Part shown: positions 29,513-40,825 of the stretch, piece by piece
Layout: every line of letters begins with the position of its first letter
How positions within the stretch are numbered: position 1 is the stretch's first letter
Source of the DNA: Candidatus Hydrothermarchaeota archaeon
Lineage (GTDB): Archaea; CAYFZR01
Assembly (NCBI GenBank): GCA_046760505.1
Contig: JBHIEG010000007.1
Location: 1-64,000, forward strand
Length of the DNA: 64,000 bases
Direction of reading: 5' to 3'
Made by a program: the position numbers and the translations under genes
Notes under the pieces: generated by a model
The model's database searches: none
What the model was told of the DNA's origin: nothing
The model's input: only the letters and a program-made list of their open reading frames with translations

Positions 29513-30433
29513 TCATCTCTCTGCATAGTTTTTCAAAAACTCGATATACTTCTTGGGGTGTTCGGTTACCATTGCTAGGTTTGGCTCATCGCATGTTAGA
29601 GATTCGCAATCGTAATGTGCACATGCCCCGCAGTTGAAGCATCGGCTTGGATCATTCTCAAGTAATGCTTGACAGCGCAGGCGCATACCGCAGAGTCTGC
29701 ATTTGAATGGAGGAATTTCCTTTAGTTTTTCTGGATTCTCTCTAGCAATTTTTTCTCTTTCTTTTTGATAAATTAGGTCTTTGCAATCCTCTCTTTTGAT
29801 AAATGTGCCCAGTTTAATTCCCACTGCTGAGAGTTCCCGTCTCAAGTCTCTTGAGCAGGTGCCATCAGCAACTACCATGATTGCCTTGTTTTTCAGGTAT
29901 TCCCCTATGAGTTTTTTGAAGATCTCTGCGTTCTCCTCATATCGATAGGGGTTGATGAAGTAAACATCGAAGCCTAAAGCTTTGCCTTCTACTTCGTAAT
30001 CATTTTTTAAGCCTATTTGCCCACCTGTCATGCGAATTGAGTAGTTGTCGTAGATTATGTACATGCTTGGTGGGTCTTGGGCTGCAATCTTCATTCCATT
30101 TATATTGAAGTTGTATGCACCATCACCGCTTGCACAAACAACTATGTACTCATTCTCAGGTCCACCGGAAGAATATCTTGCGCCTAATGCAACCATTGGA
30201 GCCATACCCATGCAGTAGATTGCATCTACTATTCTGTATTCATGCCATCCTTGGAGATTGCCGCAGCCTCTATCAGCTACGTAGATAAGTTTGAATTTTG
30301 TCTTATTTTCTTTATTGTATCTTCTGAGACCTTCTTTTAAGGCCATAGAAACTTTGGTTGCGCCGCATCCAGGGCAGTTTGCCACAGGTCTCTTAATCGT
30401 TCTTTCCTCAGGTTTAGGTAATGCAATTTCCAC
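29513..30433 (-). CDS. TPP-binding plus Fe-S subunit of an IorA-like oxidoreductase (C-terminal half of IorA)
   Basis: RP..CPGC, DRGC, CMG, GDG-x24-DN and MTGGQ motifs; C-terminal Cys cluster. Confidence 0.72.
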   Translation of the reverse strand: MEIALPKPEERTIKRPVANCPGCGATKVSMALKEGLRRYNKENKTKFKLIYVADRGCGNLQGWHEYRIVDAIYCMGMAPMVALGARYSSGGPENEYIVVCASGDGAYNFNINGMKIAAQDPPSMYIIYDNYSIRMTGGQIGLKNDYEVEGKALGFDVYFINPYRYEENAEIFKKLIGEYLKNKAIMVVADGTCSRDLRRELSAVGIKLGTFIKREDCKDLIYQKEREKIARENPEKLKEIPPFKCRLCGMRLRCQALLENDPSRCFNCGACAHYDCESLTCDEPNLAMVTEHPKKYIEFLKNYAER

Positions 30434-30448
30434 TATTTTCTCACCTCT

Positions 30449-31729
30449 TTACGCGCTAGCCATTATATGCTCTGCATAAGAAAATCTTTCATACATTCTG
30501 GGCTCATATGGAATGCCCTTATTTCTAACCCTAACGCTGAATTCGTGTGTATTTATGAAGTCAAGAGTTTCGAAGTACATCAGTCTGCTATATCCTTCCT
30601 CGAAAACAAAGACCTCATCTATAGAGCTTTCCTCAAAGATCTGCTTGTATATACCGATAGGCAAAGGCCAGACCAAGTCACTGGCAACCACGACTGGATC
30701 TTTATATCTTTCCCTGAATTCTCTTTCTTTGGCTTCATTGTTTCTTATGTAGTTGAAGTCTTCTCTGAAGGGGCCATTAACAATTACCATTTTCGTTGGA
30801 TTCTCTGAGTAATGAATAACCTCGTTATTTAAGAAATTGAATTTCTCTGAGAACTTTTTCTTTATAAGAGGAATTATCTTCTCCCAGTGTCTCTTCTCCT
30901 TGGGCCTTATTTGAGGTCCGATTGTAACGAGATTATATGGATCCGGGGTGAATCCTTTCTTCCTCTTATTAGCAGTCATATCTATCTCAAGACTTACATC
31001 AGTGACTACCTCTCGATAAGATTGGTTGTAGTTCTCAATAATTGCGAAAGGCACGCCCAGTTCCTCACAAAGTTTATAAGCGTTTCTAACTGTTACATGA
31101 GCATTAGCCGGGTTGTGAACTTCAAATGTTGGCATTCTGAAATGCCATGCGAATAATACCTTGTTGTCCTGCATTGTTTGCGATGCAGTGCCCTGTCTAT
31201 CATCTCCGCTCGCTATGCCAAGACCGCCTGGATAGGGTATGATATTCATCAAAGTTCTAGCGACGTCTGCAGCGGTGTTGCCTCCGAGATGTTTAACCGA
31301 GCACATTACCCTCGAGCCAACTGGAATCTCATCTTTGTTCAGGAAATTTTTCTTTGCAAAGATTGTGTCTCCGTAAATGGTATCGTATTCCTCGGGAGTA
31401 ATGAATTCACGAGTTTTTTTATCTCCCTTACAAATTATATTGCCCAAGGCGAAGGATAGTGCATTTGGCTCGTTTGTCATTTCGCCCCATTTGGCAACGA
31501 GATCGTAGCCAGCCTTATCCAGAGCTTCGCCAAGTTTTTTTGTAAAAAGATTGTTTCTCGGATATCCTGGTTTTTTCGCGAGAGATTCAAATGTATTCTG
31601 CAGATCTGAAATAGGAGCACCGGGATATGCGCATGTAATTCTAACTCCCGCTTCTATGGCTCCTCTCGCGATTGCTTGGTTACCAGTGATTCTCATTCTC
31701 CCTAGATCGATTCTCAACGTTTCCACCAA
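30449..31729 (-). CDS. Pyrimidine-binding subunit of an IorA-like oxidoreductase (N-terminal half of IorA)
   Basis: GNQAIARGAIEAGV, YPGAP, NE, KHLG.N.AAD, GDD..SQ..QDN and EEG motifs; AGGTGA RBS places the start at TTG 31729 or GTG 31726. Confidence 0.72.
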   Translation of the reverse strand: MVETLRIDLGRMRITGNQAIARGAIEAGVRITCAYPGAPISDLQNTFESLAKKPGYPRNNLFTKKLGEALDKAGYDLVAKWGEMTNEPNALSFALGNIICKGDKKTREFITPEEYDTIYGDTIFAKKNFLNKDEIPVGSRVMCSVKHLGGNTAADVARTLMNIIPYPGGLGIASGDDRQGTASQTMQDNKVLFAWHFRMPTFEVHNPANAHVTVRNAYKLCEELGVPFAIIENYNQSYREVVTDVSLEIDMTANKRKKGFTPDPYNLVTIGPQIRPKEKRHWEKIIPLIKKKFSEKFNFLNNEVIHYSENPTKMVIVNGPFREDFNYIRNNEAKEREFRERYKDPVVVASDLVWPLPIGIYKQIFEESSIDEVFVFEEGYSRLMYFETLDFINTHEFSVRVRNKGIPYEPRMYERFSYAEHIMASA

Positions 31730-31879
31730 TAGAATCACCTTTCATTATTTTGTAATGCTAGTGATTGAACTTCCAGAAAAGCGAGTATATAAAATTTGGG
31801 TTTGGCCTTTTTCAGAGTTATTATCGGGTTATGATTGTAAATTTTAAATATAGCAATAAAAAACGGTAAAAAACTAAGC

Positions 31880-32260
31880 CTAAGTTATGATCAATAACAC
31901 ATCTCCTACCTTTACAGTTTGTCCTTCTCTAACACATACTTCCTTTACCGTGCCAGAGATCTGAGAAGAAATATCATTTTCCATCTTCATTGCCTCTATA
32001 ACAACTACAACATCCCCTTTATTTACCGTGTCTCCACTTTTTACGTTAACAGACACGACAGTTCCCTGAATTGGTGAGGTAATCTCCCCTGTAAGCATGC
32101 TAGGTGTGGTTTCTACAAGAGGGATGGAGGGTTGGGCGGTTGTCTCCACCTCTATTTCGCTTTGGTTTTGCTCAATAGGCTTGGGTTTGCTTTCTGATGT
32201 TATTTCTTCGACTTTCACTATGTAAGCGACTCCGTCAACCTTCACCTTGAATTTTCTCAT
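31880..32260 (-). CDS. Biotin carboxyl carrier protein
   Basis: SPIQGTV, IEAMKMENDI biotinylation motif. Confidence 0.9.
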   Translation of the reverse strand: MRKFKVKVDGVAYIVKVEEITSESKPKPIEQNQSEIEVETTAQPSIPLVETTPSMLTGEITSPIQGTVVSVNVKSGDTVNKGDVVVVIEAMKMENDISSQISGTVKEVCVREGQTVKVGDVLLIIT

Positions 32261-32496
32261 ATGTATCCCTTTATCCCTCTTTCTTTGTAGGATTTTGGAG
32301 CCATTAACCTTAGCCTACCTTGATACTTCCATGAGTCTTTTTGTTTCATTACTTTGAATGGTTTAATCATGAGTTGTTCTCTCCCTCTCACCTTCCATTC
32401 TGATATCACCGGAGTAGGAGGTGCCTCCTCCTCGAAGATCTCTTCTACCTCAACTATGTATGTCTTACCCTCGATTTCAATTTTAAACCTTCTCAT
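32257..32496 (-). CDS. Small accessory subunit of the acyl-CoA carboxylase (BCCP-like N-terminus plus two WKxxGRxxLM repeats)
   Basis: 79 aa; overlaps both neighbours; MRRFKIEIEGKTYIVEVEE parallels the BCCP N-terminus. Confidence 0.6.
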   Translation of the reverse strand: MRRFKIEIEGKTYIVEVEEIFEEEAPPTPVISEWKVRGREQLMIKPFKVMKQKDSWKYQGRLRLMAPKSYKERGIKGYI

Positions 32497-33973
32497 TTAC
32501 ATCATCAAGAGGTTCAATAGAAGATATTTTTATTTCTTCTGGGTTTTTTCCCAAATAAGCTGAGATAGCAGCAGTAATCGCAACAATAGTTACACTATCT
32601 TCAATCTTTTTCTTAAGTTTTGGCATTATTCTCTGTTGGTAGAATGAGGTTGAGTAATTTCCCTCCCTGTAATATTGGTCTTCCATAACTAGTTTGTTAA
32701 AGGGTATTGTCGTCTTTATTCCCTCTCCAGTGATTATATATTCGTCCAGTGCCCGTCTCATTCTTTTTATTGCTTCCTTTCTATTTCTACCCCACACAAT
32801 CACCTTAGATATCATCGGATCGAAGTAGGGGAGGATGGTATATCCCTCATAAACAGAACTATCTAGTCTAACTCCAAAACCTCTGGGAACTATGTAAGTA
32901 TCTATCGTTCCGGGAGTGGGAATAAAGTCGTTAAAGGGATCTTCTGCGTATATCCTACACTGTATAGAGTGTCCACGCATCCTTATGTCTTCTTGGTCGC
33001 ACTCGATGCGTTCTCCTGCAGCCATCCTTATTTGCTCCTTGATCAGATCAACTCCGGTTACCATTTCAGTAACGGGATGCTCTACTTGGATGCGTGTATT
33101 GACCTCTAGGAAATAGAAATTTTTATCCTTATCCATCAAAAACTCCACTGTTCCCAAGTTAGTATATCCGGCTTCTTTTGCACCTTTTACAGCCAGTTTC
33201 CCGAGAGTTTCCCTTAGTTCGCCGTTTATGGCAGGGGAGGGAGACTCTTCGATTAACTTTTGATATCTCCTTTGGATGGAGCAGTCTCTTTCTCCTAGAT
33301 GAATTATTTTGCCGTATTTGTCCGCCACAATTTGGAATTCTATGTGCCTAGGTTCTTCGATGTATTTCTCAATGTAAACTTCGGATATTCCGAATGAAGA
33401 CATTCCTTCGCTCCTCGCAGATGCGATGGCTCCCTTTAATTCCTCTTCATTCTTTGCTATCCGAATACCTCTTCCTCCACCGCAACCGACGCATTTAACC
33501 ACAACAGGATAGCCTAGACTCTCTGCTATTTCAAGGGCATCTTCTTCATCTTTTATTGGTTTCTTAGTACCAGGAACAAGGGGGACGCCTGCCTTAGCCA
33601 TTATTCTTCTTGCGCATACCTTGTCTCCCATTTTTTTGAGTACTTTACTAGAAGGTCCTATCAGTACAATCCCTGTTTTCTCACAGTCTCTCGCAAACTC
33701 GTTATTTTCTGCCAAAAACCCGTAACCGGGATGAATCGCATCTGCTCCGCATTTCAGTGCGGTATCGATTATCTTTTCTCCGTTTAAATAACTCTTTACA
33801 GGAGATTCTCCGATACAGTAAGCTTCCTTTGCGTATCTAACGTGTAAAGAATTTTTATCCGGTTCCGAGTAAACTACAACAGGCTTTATGTCCAGTTCTT
33901 TACATGCACCCATTATCCTTATGGCAATTTCTCCTCTGTTTGCAATCAATATCTTGTTGAACAAAAATTTCAC
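32483..33973 (-). CDS. accC: Biotin carboxylase subunit with a C-terminal extension
   Basis: KILIANRGEIA, HPGYGFLAEN, GGGRG, ERDCSIQRR.QK, EVNTRIQVEHPVTE and RIYAEDP motifs. Confidence 0.92.
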   Translation of the reverse strand: MKFLFNKILIANRGEIAIRIMGACKELDIKPVVVYSEPDKNSLHVRYAKEAYCIGESPVKSYLNGEKIIDTALKCGADAIHPGYGFLAENNEFARDCEKTGIVLIGPSSKVLKKMGDKVCARRIMAKAGVPLVPGTKKPIKDEEDALEIAESLGYPVVVKCVGCGGGRGIRIAKNEEELKGAIASARSEGMSSFGISEVYIEKYIEEPRHIEFQIVADKYGKIIHLGERDCSIQRRYQKLIEESPSPAINGELRETLGKLAVKGAKEAGYTNLGTVEFLMDKDKNFYFLEVNTRIQVEHPVTEMVTGVDLIKEQIRMAAGERIECDQEDIRMRGHSIQCRIYAEDPFNDFIPTPGTIDTYIVPRGFGVRLDSSVYEGYTILPYFDPMISKVIVWGRNRKEAIKRMRRALDEYIITGEGIKTTIPFNKLVMEDQYYREGNYSTSFYQQRIMPKLKKKIEDSVTIVAITAAISAYLGKNPEEIKISSIEPLDDVNEKV

Positions 33974-35536
33974 CTACAGTGGTATATTTCCATGTTTTTT
34001 CCATGGTCTATCTTCTCTTTTATTTTCTAATGTTTTCAAAGCATTTATCAGGAGAGGTCTCGTGTTTTTGGGTTCTATTACCGCATCGATGTATCCTCTT
34101 GCCGCTGCTTCGTATGGATTTGCGAATTTCTCCCTGTACTCTTGAATCAATTTTTCTCTCATCGCTTCAGGATCTTCTGCTTTTGCTATTTCTTTCCTCG
34201 CTATGATATTTACTGCTCCTTCTGGCCCCATCACAGCAATCTCAGCAGTGGGCCAGGCATAAACTAAATCCGCGCGCAAATCCCTGCTGCACATAGCCAG
34301 ATAAGTGCCTCCGTATGATTTTCTCGTAATTATTGTTATCTTTGGAACTGTAGCCTCTGAATAAGCAAAGAGAAGTTTTGCTCCATGTCTAATAATTCCA
34401 CCGTATTCCTGAGCCGTTCCTGGTAGAAATCCAGGCACATCAACGAATGTTACCAGAGGTATGTTAAAAGCATCACAGAACCTTATGAATCTCGCAGCTT
34501 TGTCAGATGAGTTTACATCTAGACTTCCCGCGTACACTTTAGGCTGATTCGCTATTATACCCACGGTTTTGCCATCAAGCCTCGCAAAGCCTATTATAAT
34601 GTTCTTAGCAAAATTCGGTTTGAGTTCAAACAGTTTACCATTGTCCACTATCATGCGTATTACGTCGTACATGTCATATGCCTTCTTTGGATCCACTGGT
34701 ACTACATAATTTAGTTCTTCTTCTCTTCTGTTTGGGTCGTCTCCTGTATTAACTACAGGAGGATCTTCTAAGTTATTGGAAGGTAAATAGCTTAATAGCT
34801 CTTTGATCAATTTTATACATTCTTCTTCATTTTTTGCTGAGAGATCTGCGTTTCCGCTAACCTGAGTATGTACATCTGCTCCGCCTAACTGCTCGAACGT
34901 CACTTCTTCCCCTGTTACCTCTTTTATAACGTCCGGTCCCGTTATGAACATGTAACTGGTTTTCTCCACCATGATGGTGAAATCGGAGATAGCAGGAGAA
35001 TACACTGCTCCCCCAGCGCAAGGACCCATTATTGCCGATATTTGAGGAATTACTCCTGAATATATTGTGTTCCTAAAGAATATTTCACCATAACCAGCCA
35101 AACTGTCCACTCCTTCTTGAATCCTTGCTCCTCCTGAATCATTTAAACCTATAAAGGGTGCACCAACCTTGGCAGCCATATCCATTATCTTGCAGATTTT
35201 CTTTGAAAACATCTCGCTTAACGTACCACCTATTACCGTAAAATCCTGCGCGAAAACGTATACAAGTCTGCCATCTATGGTTCCGTATCCTGTAACCACA
35301 CCGTCTCCGGGATACTTTCTTTTTTCCATGCCAAAGTGAGTGCACCTGTGCTCAACGAACATATCTAACTCCACGAAACTGCCTGGATCTAACAGCAAAT
35401 CAAGTCTTTCCCGAGCAGTGAGTTTACCCTTTTTGTGTTGGGCATCTATTTTTTCCTTTCCTCCTCCTAATTTTGCCTTTTCTTCTCTTTCTTTAAGTTC
35501 GGCAATTTTTTTGTCAGATTCTGACCTAGCAGACAT
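33974..35536 (-). CDS. pccB: Acyl-CoA carboxyltransferase (propionyl-CoA carboxylase beta / methylmalonyl-CoA decarboxylase alpha type)
   Basis: [38 protein letters not shown] and KKHGNIPL motifs. Confidence 0.9.
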   Translation of the reverse strand: MSARSESDKKIAELKEREEKAKLGGGKEKIDAQHKKGKLTARERLDLLLDPGSFVELDMFVEHRCTHFGMEKRKYPGDGVVTGYGTIDGRLVYVFAQDFTVIGGTLSEMFSKKICKIMDMAAKVGAPFIGLNDSGGARIQEGVDSLAGYGEIFFRNTIYSGVIPQISAIMGPCAGGAVYSPAISDFTIMVEKTSYMFITGPDVIKEVTGEEVTFEQLGGADVHTQVSGNADLSAKNEEECIKLIKELLSYLPSNNLEDPPVVNTGDDPNRREEELNYVVPVDPKKAYDMYDVIRMIVDNGKLFELKPNFAKNIIIGFARLDGKTVGIIANQPKVYAGSLDVNSSDKAARFIRFCDAFNIPLVTFVDVPGFLPGTAQEYGGIIRHGAKLLFAYSEATVPKITIITRKSYGGTYLAMCSRDLRADLVYAWPTAEIAVMGPEGAVNIIARKEIAKAEDPEAMREKLIQEYREKFANPYEAAARGYIDAVIEPKNTRPLLINALKTLENKREDRPWKKHGNIPL

Positions 35537-35556
35537 AAGAACCCTCCTTAACCAAA

Positions 35557-36423
35557 TTATAGTAATTCTTCAACTATTTCTGCTACTCCAGAGGGAGTCG
35601 TACCAACTTTAACTCCAACTCTCTCAAGTGTTTTAATCTTCACATCAGGAGTCCCCGTACCTCTTGAGATTATTGCACCTGCGTGACCCATCCTCTTTTC
35701 TGGAGGAGCATACCTTCCGGCAATAAATCCTACAACCGGCTTGTTTACATACTCTTTTATGTATTCTGCGGCCTCCTCCTCTTTAGTTCCGCCAATTTCT
35801 CCTATCAACACAATTGCCTTTGTTTCAGGATCTTCCTCGAAAAGTTTCAAAACATCTATGAATGTCGTGCCAACTATAGGGTCACCCCCAATGCCTATGC
35901 AGGTGGACTGTCCAATCCCTCTTCTCGTAAGATCATCCACGATCTGATAGGTGAGAGTGCCACTTCTGGAAACTACACCTACGCTTCCCTTCTTAAATGC
36001 ATCCCAAGGCATGATTCCAAGAAGAGTTTTCTCTGGGACAATTATTCCAGGGCAATTGGGCCCTACTAATACGGTATCGGTCTCCTTTAGATACTTGGAA
36101 ATTCTCAGCATGTCATGGACTGGAATGCCCTCTGATACGCAGACGATGAGATCTAGACCTGCGTATATAGATTCAAAAATTGCATCGGTAGCGAATTTTG
36201 CGGGAACAAAAATTAGGGAGGCATTCGCACCGGTCTCAATTACTGCTTCTTCTACTGAATTGTAAACAGGCACTCCATGGATCTCCCCTCCTCCTTTGCC
36301 AGGCGTAACTCCAGCAACAACATTCGTTCCATATGCTATCATCCTTTCGGTATGAAAACTACCCTCTCTACCTGTTATCCCTTGGACCAAGACCTTTGTG
36401 CTTTTGTCTGCCAGTATACTCAT
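35557..36423 (-). CDS. sucD: Succinyl-CoA synthetase alpha subunit
   Basis: [34 protein letters not shown] and MGHAGA (phospho-His) motifs; start set at MSILAD. Confidence 0.92.
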   Translation of the reverse strand: MSILADKSTKVLVQGITGREGSFHTERMIAYGTNVVAGVTPGKGGGEIHGVPVYNSVEEAVIETGANASLIFVPAKFATDAIFESIYAGLDLIVCVSEGIPVHDMLRISKYLKETDTVLVGPNCPGIIVPEKTLLGIMPWDAFKKGSVGVVSRSGTLTYQIVDDLTRRGIGQSTCIGIGGDPIVGTTFIDVLKLFEEDPETKAIVLIGEIGGTKEEEAAEYIKEYVNKPVVGFIAGRYAPPEKRMGHAGAIISRGTGTPDVKIKTLERVGVKVGTTPSGVAEIVEELL

Positions 36424-36436
36424 TTTACTATCTCCT

Positions 36437-37573
36437 TTAAGACTTTTTAGATAGTTCCACGACTTTTTCTGCTGCATCTTCCATGGTATCAGCAAGAATT
36501 AGATCTGTGTCTCTTAAAATTTCTTTCCCTTCAATTTCATTTGTTCCCGCCAACCTAACAACTATAGGCACGTTGACTTTCATGTCTCCTAAGGCTTCTC
36601 TAATTCCTCTGGCAACCTCGTCGCACCTGGTTATCCCACCGTAAATGTTGAGCAGTATTGCATTTATTCTTTCATCTGATAGGAGTAAGCCTAAAGCACT
36701 TCTAACTCTTTCTGCCCTTGCTCCACCGCCTATATCTAGGAAATTTGCTGCTTTACCCCCTTTGTCGTGGATAAGATCTATGGTTGTCATCACAAGACCT
36801 GCACCGTTTCCAATTACTCCGATATTTCCTTCTAATTTAACATAGTGGAACCCCTTTTCCTTAGAAATTCTCTCAGATTCATCTGTTTCCATGTATTTAA
36901 TTAATTCTGGATGTCTCATAAGGGCATTATCGTCTATTTCCAGTTTTGCGTCCAGTCCTACAAGTGATCTGTCTTTTTTGAGTACCAGAGGATTTATTTC
37001 TGCTAACATTGCATCTTTTTCTAAAAATATCTTGTAAAGTTTTTTTGAAATATCCAAAATACCTGGAATTGCTTCTTTATCAATGCCGGCATTGTATGCG
37101 AGCGATCTTGCCTGAAAATCTAGAAGACCTAGATTCGGGTCTACTGTTTGCTTGATAACCTTTTCAGGCATCTTTTTAGCGACTTCTTCAATGTCAACTC
37201 CACCAATGGAGCTCATAATGGCAGTGATTTGCCCGCTGGATGGATCTATCACAAAACCCACATAATATTCTTTTTCAATATCTACCCTTTCTTCTACGAG
37301 TACCTTTTTTACGGTAAAATCTTTTATTTTCATGCCCAGCATTTCCTTTGTTACTTTCTCTGCTTCCTCTGGTGTATCAGAAAATTTTATTCCCCCTGCC
37401 TTCCCACGACCACCAACCGGTATCTGTGCCTTAATTGTGACCCGACTTCCTATGCTCTTTGCAATTTCTCTCGCTTCTTCAGGTGTTTCTGCGACTTTTC
37501 CCCTTGGGATGGGGAGACCATATTCTTTGAATATTCCTTTGGCCTGATACTCCAACATCCTCATTGCAACCAT
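36437..37573 (-). CDS. sucC: Succinyl-CoA synthetase beta subunit
   Basis: [36 protein letters not shown] and GGITRCD motifs. Confidence 0.92.
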   Translation of the reverse strand: MVAMRMLEYQAKGIFKEYGLPIPRGKVAETPEEAREIAKSIGSRVTIKAQIPVGGRGKAGGIKFSDTPEEAEKVTKEMLGMKIKDFTVKKVLVEERVDIEKEYYVGFVIDPSSGQITAIMSSIGGVDIEEVAKKMPEKVIKQTVDPNLGLLDFQARSLAYNAGIDKEAIPGILDISKKLYKIFLEKDAMLAEINPLVLKKDRSLVGLDAKLEIDDNALMRHPELIKYMETDESERISKEKGFHYVKLEGNIGVIGNGAGLVMTTIDLIHDKGGKAANFLDIGGGARAERVRSALGLLLSDERINAILLNIYGGITRCDEVARGIREALGDMKVNVPIVVRLAGTNEIEGKEILRDTDLILADTMEDAAEKVVELSKKS

Positions 37574-37606
37574 CCACGCATAGTAATTCTCCGGAGTTAA
37601 TAACTG

Positions 37607-37664
37607 TTGTTGTATATAACAATTTTTTCATCAGAAAAACTTATAATTAGAAAAACTTATAATT
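37607..37664. promoter_or_regulatory. Divergent promoter region: a near-palindrome over the sucC TATA box and a perfect 16-bp tandem duplication of a BRE/TATA-like element
   Basis: TTGTTGTATATAACAA at 37607-37622; AGAAAAACTTATAATT twice, at 37633-37648 and 37649-37664. Confidence 0.65.
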
Positions 37665-37779
37665 CCAGATTTCATGAATTACTGTAAGAAGAGAAGAAAT
37701 TGCAGAATAAGTAAGTAATAATTTAGAAATACAAGATTTCTTCATGCTTATATGAATGAGTTTTGAGAGGGAGCGGAAA

Positions 37780-38181
37780 ATGGAAGAAAAAATAAGAATC
37801 CTGATAGCGAAACCCGGCCTGGATGGCCACGACAGAGGTGCGAAGGTAATTGCGCGAGCATTAAGAGATGCTGGGTTCGAGGTAATTTATACAGGGGTGA
37901 GACAAACTCCTGAACAAATCGTTGAAACAGCAATTCAAGAAGACGTAGACGCTATTGGTCTTAGCATACTCTCTGGTGCACATACCTATTTATTTCCAAA
38001 GATAATGGAGCTTTTAAGAAAAAGAGGCGTTGATGACATAGTTGTTTTCGGAGGTGGAATAATACCTGAGGAGGATATACCTGCGCTCAAAAAGGCTGGA
38101 ATAAAAGAGATATTTGGTCCAGGCACCTCAACCCAAACCGTCATTGAATTTGTAAAAAATACCGTCAAAAAGAGGTCCTGA
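37780..38181 (+). CDS. Methylmalonyl-CoA mutase, cobalamin-binding small subunit
   Basis: [10 protein letters not shown] (DxHxxG), SILSGAH and GGGIIP motifs. Confidence 0.92.
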   Translation: MEEKIRILIAKPGLDGHDRGAKVIARALRDAGFEVIYTGVRQTPEQIVETAIQEDVDAIGLSILSGAHTYLFPKIMELLRKRGVDDIVVFGGGIIPEEDIPALKKAGIKEIFGPGTSTQTVIEFVKNTVKKRS

Positions 38182-38197
38182 ATTTTTTGGTGAAAGG

Positions 38198-39148
38198 ATG
38201 GAACTGGTTGACAGGTTATTAAAAGGAGATGAAAGAGCCGTAGCAAGATTGATAACGTTACTGGAAAACAGATCTTCAATAGCAAGAGAAGCCATAAGAC
38301 TTCTCTATCCATACACCGGGAACGCATACGTGATCGGAATAACAGGAGCACCTGGAGTCGGTAAAAGTACTTTAATCGATAGAATAGCCAGAGAATACAG
38401 AAAAGAGGACAAAAAAATAGGAATATTGGTCATAGATCCCAACAGTCCGTTTACCGGGGGTGCAATATTCGGTGATAGGATAAGAATGATGGGATTAAGC
38501 ACAGACAAGGATGTTTTCATAAGGAGTATGGGTTCTAGAAGCAAAAAAGGAGGACTAGCACCAGCGATACACGATGCAATAAGAGTTTTAGATGCATTTG
38601 GAAAACAAATAATCCTTGTAGAAACCATGGGTATCGGTCAGGCAGAAGTTGATATTGTAAAGGTAGCAGATACAGCCATAGTTGTCTCTGTTCCCGGGTT
38701 AGGCAATAGCATCCAGACCATTAAGGCAGGAGTGATGGAGATCGCAGACATATTTGTCGTAAACAAGGCTGATCACCCATTCGCAGATAGGGTTGTATAT
38801 GAGATTGAATCAATGCTTGATCTAGATCTAAGTGCATCAAAAGAAGAGTGGAGACCTCCGGTGATAAAAACTTCAGCAGAAAAAGGGGAGGGAATTTTAG
38901 ATCTGATTAAAGCAATAGAGAACCACAGGACGTATCTACATGAATCGAACAGAATTGATTACAAAAGAAGAAAAAGAATTGAAAACGAATTGATAGAAGT
39001 AATTAGAGATATGTGCACAGAAAATTTATTGAAAAAAATGGAAGAAAATAAAATATTCGAAAAATTTATTGATGAAATGGTCAATGAAAAGAAAGATCCT
39101 TATTTTATTGCTGAAAAATTCATTAGGGAGTGGATCAGAATTGATTGA
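38198..39148 (+). CDS. meaB: Mutase-associated GTPase MeaB/ArgK
   Basis: [30 protein letters not shown] and VNKAD motifs. Confidence 0.92.
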   Translation: MELVDRLLKGDERAVARLITLLENRSSIAREAIRLLYPYTGNAYVIGITGAPGVGKSTLIDRIAREYRKEDKKIGILVIDPNSPFTGGAIFGDRIRMMGLSTDKDVFIRSMGSRSKKGGLAPAIHDAIRVLDAFGKQIILVETMGIGQAEVDIVKVADTAIVVSVPGLGNSIQTIKAGVMEIADIFVVNKADHPFADRVVYEIESMLDLDLSASKEEWRPPVIKTSAEKGEGILDLIKAIENHRTYLHESNRIDYKRRKRIENELIEVIRDMCTENLLKKMEENKIFEKFIDEMVNEKKDPYFIAEKFIREWIRID

Positions 39149-40817
39149 AAAAGAATACCTGGAAAAAATAAAGGATGAAGAAGAGAAGTGGGAAAACACA
39201 ACCTTAAAGAAAGTACTGGAAAAATTCCCGGAAAGAAAAAAGGAATTTCTTTCTGAATCAAGAATATCCATAAAGAGAGTGTATACACCGAAAGATATCG
39301 AAGATACAGATTACATCAATGATATAGGTCTTCCTGGAGAGTATCCGTATACAAGAGGAATTCAACCCACGATGTACAGGGGAAAAGTCTGGACAATGAG
39401 GCAGTACTCAGGTTTTGGTACTGCAGAAGAAACAAATGAGAGGTTTAAATATCTTCTAGAGCAGGGACAGACAGGTCTCAGTATAGCCTTTGATCTTCCT
39501 ACCCAAATAGGTCTTGACTCTGACCATCCCCTTGCTTATGGAGAAATAGGCAGAACTGGGGTCGCCATAGATTCCCTTAAAGACATGGAAATACTGTTTG
39601 AAGGAATCCCCCTCGATAAGGTGAGTACTTCAATGACCATCAACGCACCTGCATGCGTACTACTGGCCATGTACATCGTTCTTGCAGAGAAACAGGGCAT
39701 CCCTCTGGACAAACTAAACGGAACAATTCAGAATGATATCTTAAAGGAATATATAGCAAGGAATACCTACATATTCGCCCCTTTACCATCCATGAAACTG
39801 ATAACCGACATATTTGAATTCTGTACAAAAAATATGCCTAGATGGAATTTCATAAGCGTGAGCGGCTACCACATAAGAGAAGCAGGAGCAACAGCGGTTC
39901 AAGAACTGGCATTTACCTTTGCAAATGCCATGACTTATATTGATTATGCGATAAAGCGCGGTTTAGATGTAGATGAATTTGCGGCTCGGATATCATTCTT
40001 CTTCAGTTCTTCAAGTGATTTATTTGAAGAAGTGGCAAAGTTTAGGGCAGCTAGAAGAATATGGGCTAAAATAATGAGAAATAAGTTTAAAGCAAAAAAT
40101 CCAAGATCCTGGCTCTTAAGATTTCATGTTCAGACAGCAGGCAATACTCTAACTGCTCAACAGCCAGAAAATAACATAGTTAGAGTAACACTACAAGCGT
40201 TAGCAGCGGTTTTGGGAGGTGCCCAGTCTTTACACACAAATTCTATGGATGAGGCATACTGCTTGCCAAGCGAACAAGCCGTAAGAACCGCACTGAGGAC
40301 CCAGCAAATTATAGCCTATGAAAGCGGTGTAACCAATACGGTAGATCCTCTGGGAGGGTCTTACTACATAGAAGCACTGACAAATGAAATTGAAAAACAG
40401 GTATGGGAATACCTAGAAAAGCTAGAGGAAATAGGAGTCGTGAACGCTATAGAAAGTGGCTTTATACAATCAGAGATTCAAAGCAGCGCGTACAAATACA
40501 CAAAAGAGATTGAAAGCAAGGAAAGAATAGTGGTAGGCGTCAACAGCTACCAGATAGAAGAAGAAGAGAAATTGGAACTCTTAAGACCTAATCCTGCTGT
40601 AGAGGCAATGCAACTGGAGAGGTTAAGGAAGGTTAAGGAAGAAAGAGATGGTAAAAAAGTAGAAGAAGCTCTAGAAAAACTCAGAGAAACAGCAAAAAAG
40701 GAAGAAAATGTTATGCCTCCAATAATAGAAGCTGTTAGATCTTACGCAACAATTGGTGAGATTTGTGATGTTCTGAGAGAGGTATACGGAGAATATCAGC
40801 CAATTACAGTACTGTAG
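39141..40817 (+). CDS. Methylmalonyl-CoA mutase, substrate-binding large subunit
   Basis: [15 protein letters not shown] (Tyr), [11 protein letters not shown] (Arg), GYHIREAG and SLHTNS.DEA motifs; the Tyr/Arg pair indicates methylmalonyl- rather than isobutyryl-CoA specificity; start set at TTG 39141. Confidence 0.92.
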   Translation: MIEKEYLEKIKDEEEKWENTTLKKVLEKFPERKKEFLSESRISIKRVYTPKDIEDTDYINDIGLPGEYPYTRGIQPTMYRGKVWTMRQYSGFGTAEETNERFKYLLEQGQTGLSIAFDLPTQIGLDSDHPLAYGEIGRTGVAIDSLKDMEILFEGIPLDKVSTSMTINAPACVLLAMYIVLAEKQGIPLDKLNGTIQNDILKEYIARNTYIFAPLPSMKLITDIFEFCTKNMPRWNFISVSGYHIREAGATAVQELAFTFANAMTYIDYAIKRGLDVDEFAARISFFFSSSSDLFEEVAKFRAARRIWAKIMRNKFKAKNPRSWLLRFHVQTAGNTLTAQQPENNIVRVTLQALAAVLGGAQSLHTNSMDEAYCLPSEQAVRTALRTQQIIAYESGVTNTVDPLGGSYYIEALTNEIEKQVWEYLEKLEEIGVVNAIESGFIQSEIQSSAYKYTKEIESKERIVVGVNSYQIEEEEKLELLRPNPAVEAMQLERLRKVKEERDGKKVEEALEKLRETAKKEENVMPPIIEAVRSYATIGEICDVLREVYGEYQPITVL

Positions 40818-40825
40818 GTAATGAA

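Noticed and set aside
31880-35536. Na+-pumping methylmalonyl-CoA decarboxylase
   Set aside because: There is no membrane beta subunit in the operon and a biotin carboxylase is present; a beta subunit elsewhere in the genome cannot be excluded
37633-37664. CRISPR-like repeat
   Set aside because: Only two abutting 16-bp copies with no spacer, and no cas genes in the window
39141-40817. Isobutyryl-CoA or other non-canonical acyl-CoA mutase
   Set aside because: The specificity residues are Tyr (MRQY) and Arg (YIAR), and epimerase and SucCD genes are adjacent
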